From an uncultured Bacilli bacterium (lineage in GTDB: Bacteria; Bacillota_I; Bacilli_A; RF39; UBA660): 42,635 bases of DNA. A model generated the notes under the pieces. That model searched no databases, was not told the origin of the DNA, and saw only the letters and a program-made list of their open reading frames with translations. Both the position numbers and the translations under genes were made by a program. The number at the start of each line of letters is the position of its first letter. Position 1 is the first letter of the stretch. This document shows, piece by piece, positions 19,900 through 31,300 of the stretch. The stretch covers positions 1 through 42,635 of the forward strand of contig CANRLI010000003.1 of assembly GCA_947631475.1 (NCBI GenBank), read 5' to 3'.

Positions 19900-19907
19900 T
19901 AATGATT

Positions 19908-19968
19908 AAAAAGATGATTAAATAAAAATGATGTGTAAATAATTTTTAAATTTAATCATCTTTTTTTT
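19908..19968 (+). terminator. Long-stem terminator of the cysS-yugP unit
   Basis: 16-bp inverted repeat AAAAAGATGATTAAAT / ATTTAATCATCTTTTT plus T tract. Confidence 0.7.
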
Positions 19969-20009
19969 AGGAAATGGTATAATAAAAATGTATAGTAGAG
20001 GTGGCAATA

Positions 20010-20972
20010 ATGAATATAATTGGAAGAAAGTCTAAAGATACATCTGCTAATTATTTTTATGGCGTAAATGTTAATGATCAGGAAGCGGTTAGACAAGAAT
20101 ATAATCGTTTACGAAAAAAGCATAGAAATATAACGATTTTAGTTATTATTGTATTAATCTTATTGAGTTTAATAATTGTCGATTTTTACCGTGTTAATTA
20201 TTATCAGGCTAAACCTCTTTTTGCAATTCAAAAGAAAGTGGAAAAAGGAACTTTATTTAATGGTATAGGGTATAAAGTTTTGTATTGTCAAAGTGGTGAA
20301 CGATATATTGGATCAGTTTTATATAAAAGTTGTGATGAATTTGATGAAAGAACATTTGCTAATATTGTTTATGAAAAAGTAATTGATTATTCTGTTAAGA
20401 ATAAAACTTTAAACAGAGAAGAAGTAGATCAATTTTTGATTAATAATGTTATTTTTGATGAAGAAAATGATGAAGGTGGTGCTGATTATCTAGCTGATAT
20501 ATCATTTACTTGTAAGGATGGTAGTGATAAATGTTTTAAAACAGCTAAAGAATATTATGATCCACTAAATATAAAAATATATATTAGATTAAATAAATAT
20601 AATGAAGTTTATGCTATGATTCCGTTTAAAACGAGTGGGGTTTATTATGATTCTTTAAAGGAAAAGTATTCTGAAAAAATCAAAGAATATTTAAAAGCTA
20701 ATAATTTACTTGTTGAAGATAATTTAAGATATACTAATATTAATATTATGGAAAATCATGGTAAGTATAAATTTAGAAATAATTCTTACGCTGATTCTTA
20801 TTTGGTGGAAATTAATTATATGTGTGTTGATAATTCTAATACTTGTATTACGGCAGTTGGGGATACAGATTTAGTAGGAGATTATGCAAACTTATCATTT
20901 TATATGTCAATGTTTTTAGATGAAAATGATAATATAGTATTAATGGGACCTAAAGAATATTTTGAAATTTAG
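20010..20972 (+). CDS. Single-pass membrane protein with duplicated CxDxSxxC domain
   Basis: One TM after basic patch; two ~104-aa internal repeats; SD GAGGTGG. Confidence 0.75.
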   Translation: MNIIGRKSKDTSANYFYGVNVNDQEAVRQEYNRLRKKHRNITILVIIVLILLSLIIVDFYRVNYYQAKPLFAIQKKVEKGTLFNGIGYKVLYCQSGERYIGSVLYKSCDEFDERTFANIVYEKVIDYSVKNKTLNREEVDQFLINNVIFDEENDEGGADYLADISFTCKDGSDKCFKTAKEYYDPLNIKIYIRLNKYNEVYAMIPFKTSGVYYDSLKEKYSEKIKEYLKANNLLVEDNLRYTNINIMENHGKYKFRNNSYADSYLVEINYMCVDNSNTCITAVGDTDLVGDYANLSFYMSMFLDENDNIVLMGPKEYFEI

Positions 20973-20995
20973 TTTAGATAGAAAGAGCTGATATT

Positions 20996-22237
20996 ATGGT
21001 TTTTGTAGATAATTTATCAAAAGATGAATACATAGATTTTTTTAATAGATTTCCATATAGCCATTTTTTGCAGTCTTATGCCTGGGGAGAAGCTATAAAA
21101 GAAACAAGAGGTAAAATACCTTGTTATGTGGGCCTTAAAAATGATAAAGGTGATATTGTAGCGGCGGCATTACTTTTGAAAAAAACAATGCCTTTTGGGC
21201 TATGTTACTATTATTGCTCAAGGGGTTACTTAATTGATTTTAAAGATAAAGAATTGGTTAAAATTTTTACTGAGGAAATGAAAAAATATTTAAAAAGAAC
21301 TAATGGTATTTATGTAAAAATCAATCCCGAAATTATGTATCAAGAAATAGATAAAGATGGCAACAGGATAGAAAAGGGCAAAAATAATATTGATATTTAT
21401 AACAATTTATTAAGTTTAGGATATAAACATAAAGGTTTTGTTAAACTATATGAAAATAATGAACCTCGATATACCTTTAGAAGATATTTTGAACAATATC
21501 ATAATATGGATGAAATAAAAGAAAGTATCTTTAAAACTTTTATGCAAACAGTACATCGAAGTTATTCTTATAATTTAAGGATTAACTTTGATAGTGATGT
21601 TGAACATTTTTTTGAATTAAATAAGGCCAATGCTGCTAAAGATGGATTTATACAATATTCTGATGATTTCTATAAAGCTTTATATAAGTATGGTAAAAAA
21701 TATGGAAATGTTTTAGTTTTTGATGTTTCTGTTAATGGTCAAAGGTTATATAAAGATACTAAAGATGCTTTGGATAAAATAAATGATGATTTTCAAAAAG
21801 GATTAATAACTAAGAAACAAAAACCAGATGCTTTAGATAAGGTTAAACGATTAGAAAAAGAATTAGAAATGTTTGAACCTTATAAAAATGAGGGGGATAT
21901 GGTTATATGTTCTTTGATTAATGGTATTGCCAATGATATGATGTGGACAATGTATATAGGCAATAATAAATTGGGAGAAGATTTATTTGCTGTTAATAGA
22001 ATTTATTATGAAACAATTCAATATTGTTTTGAACATCATTATCGTTTTTTAGATTTATATGGAACGGTAGGAGATCCTAATACCACATTTAAAAATTTAG
22101 GTGGCTTACATGCTTATAAGAAAAAATATGGTGATACTTATATAGAATTCATAGGAGAATTTGATTTAGTAAATAAGCCAATATGGTATGCTATTTTACC
22201 GGGATTATTAAAAATTTATCGATCATTAAAAAAATAG
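20996..22237 (+). CDS. FemAB/MurM-family peptidoglycan branch aminoacyltransferase
   Basis: HFLQSYAWG, RGYLIDF, YVKINP, EPRY, coiled-coil insert, DLYG, IEFIGEFDL. Confidence 0.9.
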   Translation: MVFVDNLSKDEYIDFFNRFPYSHFLQSYAWGEAIKETRGKIPCYVGLKNDKGDIVAAALLLKKTMPFGLCYYYCSRGYLIDFKDKELVKIFTEEMKKYLKRTNGIYVKINPEIMYQEIDKDGNRIEKGKNNIDIYNNLLSLGYKHKGFVKLYENNEPRYTFRRYFEQYHNMDEIKESIFKTFMQTVHRSYSYNLRINFDSDVEHFFELNKANAAKDGFIQYSDDFYKALYKYGKKYGNVLVFDVSVNGQRLYKDTKDALDKINDDFQKGLITKKQKPDALDKVKRLEKELEMFEPYKNEGDMVICSLINGIANDMMWTMYIGNNKLGEDLFAVNRIYYETIQYCFEHHYRFLDLYGTVGDPNTTFKNLGGLHAYKKKYGDTYIEFIGEFDLVNKPIWYAILPGLLKIYRSLKK

Positions 22238-22258
22238 AGTTAATCATGTATTTTGGGT

Positions 22259-22295
22259 AAAAAATTTGGGTTTATCAATGCCCAAATTTTTTTTT
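22259..22295 (+). terminator. Intrinsic terminator
   Basis: AAAAAATTTGGGT / GCCCAAATTTTTT stem plus T tract. Confidence 0.75.
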
Positions 22296-22326
22296 GATTT
22301 TTTTAGGAAAGATAACGCAAAATTTG

Positions 22327-22355
22327 TTGAATTTATGCATATGATTTATTATAAT
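22327..22355 (+). promoter_or_regulatory. Sigma-A promoter of giant protease gene
   Basis: TTGAAT-N17-TATAAT, about 30 nt upstream of ATG 22387. Confidence 0.65.
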
Positions 22356-22386
22356 ATCTATGTGTTATGAAGTGTGGGAGGTTTTT

Positions 22387-25300
22387 ATGAAAAGCAGTAA
22401 AATAATTCTAAACTTTATTGTTATTTTGCTATCTTTTTGGATGGTAAATGTTAATGCAGAAAGTTTAGTAAATAAGAGTAGTTATAGTGTGAAGAAAGGA
22501 GAAGAAATAACAGTTTTTGTTGATTTGGATCCAAACAATAATAATAAATATAACTATTCAGCTTTATTAAGTTACGATAATAATGTTTTAGAGATACTTA
22601 ATGAAGATAGTTTTATAAATGATAACGGAGGAGCTAATAGTCTTAGTGAAGTTAGTTATGAAAAGGATAGTCATAAATATGTTTTAGTAACAACGGAAGA
22701 TAGTTTAACAAAAGACGTTATTGAAATTAAATTTAAGGCTAAGGACGATATAAAAATTGATAAGACAGAGATTAGCTTTACTAATATTATTTCTAAGGCC
22801 AATGATCAAGAAAAGAAATTAGAAGATATCAAATTTGATGTGATGATTACGGACGCTTCTAAAGGCAATATGACATTAGTAATAGTTGTAGGAGTTTTAG
22901 CTTTATTATCTTGTTTAGCTTTAGTAGTATATAATATTAAATGTGCACATTCTAAGAAAGTAGTTACTAATAGAAAAAAAGTAAATACTATTTTAGGGGT
23001 TTTATTAGTAGTATTTGTTTTAGGCGATGTAATTACTTTAATTATTAAAAATAATTATAAAGAAGAAATCGTCAATTATGATTTAGATATTATAAATGGG
23101 GTTTCTAAAGATGATGTTCAAAATGACGATAATTCAGATGATAAAACAAGCAATGATAGTAATGTCGACAAAAATAAGCCTGAAACTAATGAAGATATTA
23201 CAACAGGTGGAAATGTAAATGAGGAAGTAGTTGATCCACAATTACCTAGTAATAAACTAACAGCTAAAATTGTTAGTGTTTTAGCAAGTACTTACTATCC
23301 TCATAAAGGCGAAACGATAGAGTTATTAATTGATGTGGCTGACGTGAGTGAATTAGTTCAGTCAGTAATTATTAATGGTAAAGAATACCTTGTCGCCCAA
23401 CACGATGATGGGAAATATGCAATTCAATATCAGGTAAAAGATAGCAGTGGCATAGAAAAACTTACTATTTCTGAATTATGTTTGGCAAATAGCAAGGCTA
23501 AAATATTTTATGAAACAAGCTTAGATGTTTTAAAAGAAAAACCAGTAATTAATGATTTTAAATATAGTGATAGTGAATTAATACCTTTTTTAAGTTTTAA
23601 TGTTGTGGGTAATGATTCTTTTGTTAAAGGAAACTTAATCCTTACTGATCAAGAAGGTAAAACAGTTTTAACAAAAGATGTATCTCTTGGCGATAATAAA
23701 ATTGAATTTGCTGAGTTAAAAAATGGTAATTATAATGTTCAAATTGACGTAACTTATGATCTTGATTCTGATGAATTAAATTATTTTACAGATGAACAAA
23801 ACGAAGGTAAAGACGTTTTAATTGATGAAAAATTAGATATTATTGTTGACTATGATTTAGTATTTAAAGATGCTAAATTAGTTATTGTTGATTCTGATGG
23901 TAAAAATGTTACTCTTGAATTTGTAAGCACTAATGTATCAAAATATAATGTTTCTAAGGTAATAATTAATGATGTTGTATATCCTGTTATTCAAGATAAT
24001 GATAAATTTACGGTAGTAGTTCCATTAGATGGAACTGATAAAAAGAATCTTCATATGAGTGGAGTTGTTCTTGAAAATAATAAAACTATTACCGATGGTG
24101 TTGATGCAACATTTGTTATTTTTAAAGAAAAGCCATCTGTTAAAGATGTAAATATTCAGGTTAATGAAGAAGACGGTAAAGTAAATGTTACTTATGATAT
24201 TGTTGATAATGATAAAGTAACTAGTAAACAGTATGCTATTTTAAAAGACCAAAATGGTAATATTTTAGATCGTCAAGAATTATCAGCTCTTGCCACTGAA
24301 GTTACATTTAATAATGTTAATAAAGCTGGTAAATACAATGTTGAAATAATGGCTGATTATGATGCTGTTGATGGTCAAACTCATAGTAATGAATTAATTG
24401 GTAGTAAAGAATTTGAAATTGCTTTAAAACTAGAAGTACTTGGTGTTGAAGTTGAACCTTATCCTTTAAAAAAGACAGACATTGTAGTTAAATATATTGT
24501 TCAAACAAATGCTCAAGAAGCTATTACAAGTTTCACAGTTAATGGTCAAGAATATGCATCTTCATTACCAGAAGGTAATAAGTATATGATTACGATACCT
24601 GGATATGATGAAGCTGGTCTTAAAGATATCAATTTAACTAGTGTTAAAGTTGGAACGACAAGTGTTGAAACAGCTGTAAGTGTTCAAGTTGATGTATTAA
24701 AAGATGTTCCAACTATAGATTCACCAATATTTGATGATGAAAAAGAAGTACCAACTTTGTCATTTAACTTAAATGATGCTGATGAGGCATTTGTAAGTGG
24801 TAAAATTACTATTACTAATAGTTTGGGAGTAGAAGTAAATACTATTACCATTAATAAGAATAGTAGTATTTATGAGATACCAAATTTGAAAGAAAATGAA
24901 ATTTATAATTATGTAATTCAAGTAACTTATGATTTAGATACTGATAAATTAAGTGTAACTGATGATCAAAACGAGTATACAAATAACTTAATTAATGGCA
25001 TTATTGAAGTTGTTCATGATTATAACTTTGAATTTGATGATTTACATATTGTTAATGTTAATAAAAATGAACAAAAGGTGACTCTTCAGTTTACAAGTAC
25101 AAATGGAACAGTCTTTGGAATAGATAGGGTTACTATTAATGGAACTGATTATCCAGTAGTTAAAGATGGTAATATTTATACTGTTGAAGTGACACTAGAT
25201 AATACAGATGAAACAACTTTAAATTTATCTAATGTTGTCTTAAAAAATGGTCATTCTTTTGAAATAACTGAAAATAATACAGTGACTGTATTTAAAAAAG

Positions 25301-28300
25301 CGCCAACGGTAAGTGATTTGATTATTAATAATGATCAAGCTAATTCATTGGCAGCAACATTTAAATTATTTGATGAGTCTAAAACAGTTACTAAACTAGT
25401 TGTGCAATTAAGAGATAGTTTAGGTAATGTTATTGAAACTAAAGAGCTTGACTTAAGTGCTCGTGACGTTTTATTTACTGATTTAGAAGTAGGAGAATAT
25501 CAAATAGTTATCATTGCTGATTATGATTTAGTAGATGGTAATGTTTATACTGCCCAAGTTTTAGCTAATGATAAATTACATGTCAAAATTATATTAGATA
25601 CTTTAAGTTCTAACATAAATAATAAATATAATAATCATCGAAATGCTTTAAATAGTAATAAGGATGAAGCTAAAAAAGCAATTTTAACTTATGTTATTAA
25701 AGCTAATACTAAAGAAGATGTTAAAGCCTTAGTTATTAATGGCCAAGAATATAATGTTGTAAAATTAGAAGATAATAAGTATCAAGTAACATATATTGTT
25801 CAAGAAAATGCTGGTAAAGAAACAATTAAGGTTGAAAAAATTATTTACGAGAGCGAAGAATATACGATTAATCAAACTAGTGATAATATTAAGCCAACCG
25901 TTGAAGTTGAAGTCTTAAAAAGAAGACCATATACGTCTAATTATATGTCAATCTCTAATTTTAAAGAGCATACTATGACCTTTAAATTTGATTTAAATGA
26001 TCCAGATGGAGCATTAGTTAAAGATGAGAATGGAAACTTAATTAATGCTTATGCTACATTTGCCGGCTTTAAAGATAAAGATGGTAAGAATCCTGAAATT
26101 AAGCTTGGGGCTAATGAAGTAACATTTGTAAATGTAGCTGAATATACAGCTAGAAGATTCCAACCAACGGCAACATTTGATTTAGATACTATAGTTGGTG
26201 AAGATAATTACTATGAACATGAAAATATAACTAGTATTATTGCAATGTTAATTCCTGCAACACAGATAAATGTTCATGATATTAAAACATATAATGATAA
26301 TCAAGAAACTAAGTATTTTAGTAAAGGTGAAGAAGTTAAAGTAACTTTTGAAGCTAGTTCTATTTTCGAAGATGACAATGGAACTAAGTCATACTATTAT
26401 CCTAGTAAAGTAGTAGTTAATGGTAATGAGTATGAAGTTACTAAAAATGGTAATTTTTATACCTTTGTCTTACCTGGGTATACTGAAGCTGGTCAACAAG
26501 AAATAGTTATTAATGATGTTATTCTAAATAATAGTGAAGAAGTAGTTTTAACCGAAAATAATAATGTAACCATTAGTATTTTAAAAGATGAAGTTTCTAT
26601 TACAGATTTCGTTTATAGAGAAGATGATGATGATGCAGAATCGACAGATGTTACAGTTAGTTTTAACGTTAGTGATGTAGATGGAGCTTTAACAGATAGT
26701 AAAATTATTATTACAGATTTAAACGGAAATGAAATAACTCCAAGTACTACTACTATTAAAGATGGAGTAAACACGGTTATATTTAGAGGTGTTTCTAAAA
26801 ATACATATATATTTAAAATTATGGCTTCTTATAATCGTGGTTCTTTAGATGATAAGGAAAATGTAGTTACTGAGGCTGAATTATTAAAACAAGAAATTAA
26901 AGTTCTTAGAAAATCTGACTATAAGATAACTGTCAAAGACTTGTCTTTAATGGGCTTTGATAAGGAAAATAAATTGGCAACATTAAGATTTGTTTTAACT
27001 AATGAATCTGATTATATGTTAACTTCGGTTATGATTAATGGACAAAAATATAATGTTAGACCAGAACAAATTGATTTGGATAGCCAAAATAAAGAAGCTG
27101 CTTATTTAGTAGATATTGAAATATCTGATGATAGTAGATATGAAGTAGTTTTAGAGAAGGTAACTTTGGAAAATGCTAAAGACTTTACTGTTAATGAAAG
27201 TTTAGTATTATTTAAAAATAAACCAGTAATTGATAATTTAGTTTTAACTTATAATGAAGGTGGCCAACTAAAAGGGACATTCAATGTTATAGATGATGAT
27301 GAGACACTAAGTAGTTTATCTGCTGTTTTAAAAGAAACTTTAACTGGTAATGTATTAGAAAAGAAAAATTTGGCTATTACAGATAGAGAAGTGGCCTTTT
27401 CTGTTGCTAATGCTAAAGAATATACAATTGAAATTGTGGCTAGTTATGATTTATTAGATGGTGAAAGCCATCAAGATGAAGTTTTAGTATTTGATAGTTT
27501 AGTTGTTGAACCATCAGTTGAGATAACTTTGAATAATGTTTCTAAAAAGTATCCTAATAAAGGAGAAACAATTGATTTAACCTATAATATAAAATCAAAT
27601 ACTAATGAACAGGTTACAAGCGTGGTAATAGATAACATTGTTTATAATGTTGAATATGTTACGATGGGTGTTTATAAATTATCTTATACTGTACCTAATG
27701 AGGCTGGTATTGTTAGTTTAAATTTGACTAAAGTTAATTTTGTAAATGAAGTGGCAGATTTAGCAGACAAACCTTTTACTACGAAGGTCGATGTTCTAAA
27801 AACAATTCCATCTATTAATTCCTTTACTTCTTTAGATAGAATTGAATCTCAACAAGTACAATTTAGCTTCAATGTAAATGATCCTGATAATGCTTTAGTA
27901 TCTGGTAATATTTGTATAAATGATACATGTAATAATGTTGGACCTGGTAGAAATACACCAATATTTAATGTTCAACCAAATGTTTCTTTAATGGTTGTTA
28001 TAAATATTGATTATGATTTAGATACCGACTTATTAAATGAAGATGGAGAAGATGAAAATAATTCAACTGTATCATTCTCTCAAGAATATAAATTATTAGA
28101 GGATTACGAAGTAAATGTTCTTAATTTAACAACATTTAACAAAAATGCCCAAGCAACTAAATATTTTGCTAAAAATGAAGAGATACAATTAAGATTTAAT
28201 AGTACTAATGCGGCTGCTTTAAATATCAAAAGTGTGGTAATAGATGATCTTTTAGATGAAGCAGATGGCCAATTATATGATGTAGTAAGAGTTCTTAAAA

Positions 28301-31300
28301 AAGATGGAACTTTAGATTATTACTACGTAAATATTAATGGAATGAGCGAAGCGGGTCTTCAAAAACTTAGTATAACTTCAGTCACTTTAGAAAGTGGTAA
28401 AACTATTGGAAGTGATAAATTTAAAGGTGAAGTTGTTCCCGCAACAATAGATATTCTTAAAGAAATACCTATTTTTGAAACACCACAAGTATCTAATGAC
28501 GGTTATGATGTTACAATTAAATTTAATGTTACTGATGTTGATAATGCTTTGGTCGATAGTTATATCATCATAAATGATAAAGATAAAAAGGAAGTAATTA
28601 AACAAAAAGTTGTCGTAGGGACTAATATTGTAAATGTTACTTTGGATCCTGATAATAATTATCTATATTTAATAGAGAAAAATTATAATTTAGATAGTTT
28701 AGATAATGATAATGAAAATGAACAAGATACTTATTTCTTAAAAGATGAACCAATAAATGTCACTAAAAAAGAAGAGCCTAACTTTATAGCAAGACACTTG
28801 ACTGTTCCGAAAAGAGTTAAAGATGGTTCAAAAGTTTTACTGACTTTTGAAAATGAAGTATTATCTTATTATGATGTAGATACTATAAGAATAGATGGTA
28901 TTGATTATAAAGTAACTAAAAATGATAACATTTATTCTCTAGAATTAGAACATGGAGAAAAAGGCTATAACACTATACATGTTGAAAGTGTTACTATGGC
29001 TGGAAAAGTATTTAAAATAAATCGTAGTTTAACTTATATTTATGAAAATGTTGTGCCAACAGTGACATTTGCTAGTGATATTAATGAAGAATTAGAATAC
29101 AATATTGGAACTATTCAATATCAAATAGCTGATCCTGATAATGCCATAAGAAAATTGACTGCTTATATGAAAAATAGTGCGGGAGCAGTTGTTGCAACTC
29201 AAGATATTGAATTAAACGAGTCATCATTAAGCATGTTATTGTTAAGAATATTTAGATATTCAATCGAATTAAAAGCTGAATATGATATTGGTGATGGTAA
29301 AACATTAGAAACAACTTCTCTCTTTATAAAAGAAAAAGTTGCTGAACCAAGAGTAACTATTCTTGAAGAAAAAGTTGAAGAAGAATTATTAAATAAGGGA
29401 GATATTGCTACTTTAACTTATAAAATAAATACTAATATTGATTATGAATTAAAGAAAATTTTTATTGATGAAAATAGTTATAATGTTACAAAAGTAGACT
29501 CTGAAACTGATGACAATATTTATCAAATAAAAGTTCTTCTTGGGGATAAAGCTGGAGCTATTCCATATAAAGTTACTAAAATGCAATTTGGTAATGCTTA
29601 CTATGATGTAAATGATATTAATCCAGTAATAGTTCAAGTTAAAAAAGACGTACCTACATTAACTCATTTCATAATCGATGAAAAGGAAGGTACATTATCT
29701 TTCCAATTAAATGATCCAGATGGAGCTTTAGTTGGTAATTCGAAATTTACTATTTATCAAGAAGATAAGGCTTTAATTGCAAAAGAATTAACTAATGGTG
29801 GAGATACATATACTTATAAAATAAGTGATTTAAAATTAAAACTTAATACAAATTATAATATTAAGGTTGATGCTTCATATAATTTAGTTGATACGAAAGT
29901 AAGAAGCATTAGAACGATAGATTTAGTAGAATCAGTGCAAATTTTTGAAAGAGATTTTAAATTAACTGGACAAGTTGATTATGATTTCCAATATATTAAT
30001 AGAAACTCAGAGTGGGGTTTCTTGATGAGTATGAGTGAACCATTACCATTCGATTTCGAAAGTACTAATGCTTATGGATATAAAGTAGATAGAGTTATAG
30101 TTGATGGTGTTGAATATTCGGCTCATCCTGCTCCTACTCAAAATCATCCTAATAACTATGAAGTTTACTATCAACCTAAATCTTTAGCTAATGAAACAAT
30201 TACAGTTGAAAAAGTAATTTTAGAAAATGGGGCGGCTTTTGATGTTAATGATACATTCAAATTATTCATTGTCTTAAAACCAGCAACGTTTGAAATTACT
30301 GATTTTAGAGAAGATATTAATACACAAACATTAACATTCTTCTATAAATTAAATGATCCAGATAAAACATTAGCTTCTAATTTAAGATTTTACTTAAAAG
30401 ATTCTTCAAATAGATTAATCGAAATGAAAGAAGCTAAAGTTGATGAAGATAGAATAGAATTTAATATTCCAAATCCACCAACTTCTAAATATAATGTAGT
30501 TGTACGTGCTGATGTTTATTTGGCGCCAGGTATGATCTTATATGAAAAAGATGGACCAGCTTTATTAACTAATAGTTTTGATTCTGTTGTTAATACATCT
30601 ATTTTAAGTAGTAAATTATCGACTAGATATCCTAAACAAGGTGATTTAATAACAATTGATTATGATATCAGTAGTTCTAAAGTTGTATTAATAGATCCAG
30701 AAGACCATGAAAATCAAGAAAATGCGATTATTATTAGTTCAGTAATTATTAATGATCAATCATATGATGTAGAACGTTTGGATAATGGCCTATATCGAGT
30801 TTATTACACTGTACAAGACGAAGCAGGCTTAGAAAATATTAAAATAACTCAAATTAATTTCAGTAACAATACGGTTGAATACTTTACAAGAGAAGATACA
30901 GTTGATGTTTTAAAGAAAACACCAAGTGTGATTAATTTTAAATCAGAAAACCTAGTAGCTGCTAATAAAGTTAAATTTACATTTGAAGTATTAGATCCTG
31001 ATAATGTTATAGTTCCAAACTCATTATTTGCAGTAGTAAATGGTCAAAAGCAAACAATCGATATTGGTAAAAACGTTGTAGAATTTGAAGTTAATCCTAA
31101 TGAATTATTACAATTTAGTGTTGAAGCTAACTATGATTTGGATTCAAACGTCCTAAATAATGAAACAGGAGATCAAAACTTATATAGTAGTTATACTATT
31201 TATCAAAAACCATTTATATTATTAACGGATTATAATGTTTCATTTAATAATAAGCAAACATTTAATACTAATGGTGATAATACCAAGTATTTTGAGAAAA

